64,000 nucleotides of DNA from a bacterium (GTDB lineage Bacteria; UBA8248). The position numbers were made by a program, and so were the translations under genes. The stretch is from positions 96,001-160,000 of the forward strand of contig CBDCRP010000003.1 of NCBI GenBank assembly GCA_965221165.1, in the 5' to 3' direction. Each line of letters opens with the position of its first letter. Within the stretch, counting starts at the first letter, position 1. Positions 61,714-64,000 of this stretch are shown here, piece by piece. Under the pieces are notes generated by a model. That model searched no databases. It was not told where the DNA came from and saw only the letters and a list, made by a program, of their open reading frames with translations.

Positions 61714-62017
61714 TTTTTTTCATACCCTCACGAGAAACAACTCCGGATTCGCGATGCAGTTCGGCGCGCAGCAAATCTGTCGCAGGGTCTGGGAGGCGCC
61801 GGCATATATATCATGTAACACTTGAACTATTTAAGGTATATCATAAAATATATATTATTCAATATATCATATAGATACATGGATAATATCATATATTACT
61901 TTAGTTATATTATTTTCACTATTCACGATCTGCTGAAACCAATATACCATTGCAAAATGAAGGATGCGCCTACCCGATTTCCTGCTGAGAAAGGCACGGC
62001 CTTCTTGCGCAGCGGAT

Positions 62018-62048
62018 AAAAAAGAGGCGCCCCCGGCGGGACGCCCCT
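62018..62048 (-). terminator. Rho-independent terminator of the truncated metY
   Basis: Minus strand AGGGGCGTCCC-GCCG-GGGGCGCCTCT-TTTTT. Confidence 0.7.
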
Positions 62049-62075
62049 GTTTCGTGTCTCTTGCGTTTTACGACA

Positions 62076-62642
<567 letters not shown>

Positions 62643-62787
62643 TCACCTTGACGGGGATCTTCTGAAGCAGTTGACCCGGAGTGGCTCCCGGCCCGAAGAT
62701 AGCCCGCTGAATCCGGCGTTATATCTGCTCGAAAACGGCGAGGGGAAAACTCGCCTCATCACCTAGAGGAAAGGAGAAGGTAGCGGC

Positions 62788-63975
62788 ATGAGACGACAGG
62801 CTTCGCGCGCGAATCAGAACTGGATTTTCGATAATTTTCTCAAACTCTCCGATAACGAGGACGTTCTCCACCCCGGCATCATGGGTACGCGCTATGAAAG
62901 GGGTTTTCGCCATCAGGACCTCCAGGCGGTCTACACGAAAGTCTCGGGCCGTCGCTCCATCCCTCTGTTGTGGGGCAAACAGGCCGCCTTGCAGGAGAAG
63001 AAAGCGGCCGCGGCGGCCGAAGCGGGAAACCACGTTACCGCCGCCATGCACTACAACCGCGCGGGCCTTTGCTACGGGCGCGGCCAGCACCTCATTCCCG
63101 TGGATGGGCACCCCCGGAAGAAGGAATACTACGCGGGCGTCTCGCGCTGTTTCGACAGAATGCGCGAGATCAGGGGCGGAGACATTCAAAAACACCAGGT
63201 GGAATTCGACCCCGGCAAGAATGCGTACTTCTATTTCTGGCCGGCGGAGGGAGAGGGGCCCAAACCCACCGTCCTCCTCATCCCCGGCATGGACATGATC
63301 AAGGAAGACGGGCTTTTGCCCTACAACAACTGGTTCCACGCGCGCGGCATGAACTTCGCCATCATGGACGGCCCGGGGCAGGGCGAGTGCAACATCAACC
63401 AGGTGTGGGTGGATCACACCAATTACGCGCGCGCGGGCAGCAGGGTCATCGACTGGCTCACCGGGCGCGAAGAGGTGGATTCATCGAAAATCGGCATCAT
63501 GGGCATGAGCATGGGAAGCCGCTGGACGGTGGAAATCGCCGCCCAGGATGCGCGCGTCAACACCGTCGTCGGCCAGATGGCGAACGTGGGGCCTTCGGAC
63601 ATCATCTTCGACCAGGCCCAGCCCAACTTCAAGAGAATCTACATGTACATGACGAACATCCTCGATGAGGATGCGTTCGACGAATTCGTCGAGGAGCGCG
63701 ACAGCATCTGGCTGTCCCTGGTGGGCAAGATGAAGTCGAACTATCTGCTCGTGGCCGGCGACATGGACGAACTTTGCACGCCGGACGACATCGGCGTGTT
63801 CTTCGCACACCTCACGTGCCCGCGCGAGCTTTGGCTCTATGAGGGCGTTTTCCATCCCATGGGCGAGGTGGCGGCGGACATGTACCCCGCCATCGCGGAC
63901 TGGATGCTGCATACGCTGAATAACGGTCTGCCGGCGGATCACGACAAGAAGGTCGTCGTTCCCGAGGGAGGATAA
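62788..63975 (+). CDS. Alpha/beta hydrolase, FrsA / 2,6-dihydroxypseudooxynicotine hydrolase-like
   Basis: PGMDMIKE, DGPGQGE, nucleophile elbow GMSMG, GDMD and FHP. Confidence 0.85.
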   Translation: MRRQASRANQNWIFDNFLKLSDNEDVLHPGIMGTRYERGFRHQDLQAVYTKVSGRRSIPLLWGKQAALQEKKAAAAAEAGNHVTAAMHYNRAGLCYGRGQHLIPVDGHPRKKEYYAGVSRCFDRMREIRGGDIQKHQVEFDPGKNAYFYFWPAEGEGPKPTVLLIPGMDMIKEDGLLPYNNWFHARGMNFAIMDGPGQGECNINQVWVDHTNYARAGSRVIDWLTGREEVDSSKIGIMGMSMGSRWTVEIAAQDARVNTVVGQMANVGPSDIIFDQAQPNFKRIYMYMTNILDEDAFDEFVEERDSIWLSLVGKMKSNYLLVAGDMDELCTPDDIGVFFAHLTCPRELWLYEGVFHPMGEVAADMYPAIADWMLHTLNNGLPADHDKKVVVPEGG

Positions 63976-64000
63976 GGCGCACTCACAGGCGTTCGAATGC

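Noticed and set aside
61822-62019. 65-aa Tyr/Ile-rich ORF
   Set aside because: It is a by-product of the AT-rich low-complexity patch, with no RBS or recognisable motif.

Overview
A GC-rich bacterial chromosomal window, apparently from a Gram-negative organism (lgt, secA, glnE, surE-pcm, periplasmic binding proteins). The general gene style suggests a Nitrospinota/Tectomicrobia- or Deltaproteobacteria-like heterotroph, but that is inference only. It holds about 52 CDSs and two tRNA-Pro genes, with no rRNA, CRISPR array, integrase or transposase. Several genes carry single-base frameshifts, mostly at homopolymers (dppC, a LivJ-like gene, moeA, mobA, htrA, the DUF3179 N-terminus and a beta-hydroxyacid dehydrogenase); these look more like long-read consensus errors than true decay. 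Highlights: (1) a CIRCE (HrcA) heat-shock operator with a sigma70 promoter and an overlapping IHF consensus sits in front of a GldA/GldF/GldG-like ABC + DUF4340 operon rather than chaperone genes. (2) A FadR-regulated three-subunit 2-oxoacid:ferredoxin oxidoreductase belongs to the oxalate-oxidoreductase type (YPIRP motif) but has an altered switch loop. (3) A hidden DUF3179 selenoprotein has an in-frame UGA in a UPLC motif followed by a SECIS-like hairpin. (4) An uncharacterised catabolic cluster includes a non-canonical acyl-CoA dehydrogenase. (5) A DtxR-type regulator with a Cys-rich tail heads an Fe(III) ABC operon. (6) There are GTAG-type REP mosaics, phased A-tracts, and an internally deleted second metY. 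All family assignments come from motif recognition by eye; no database searches were run.
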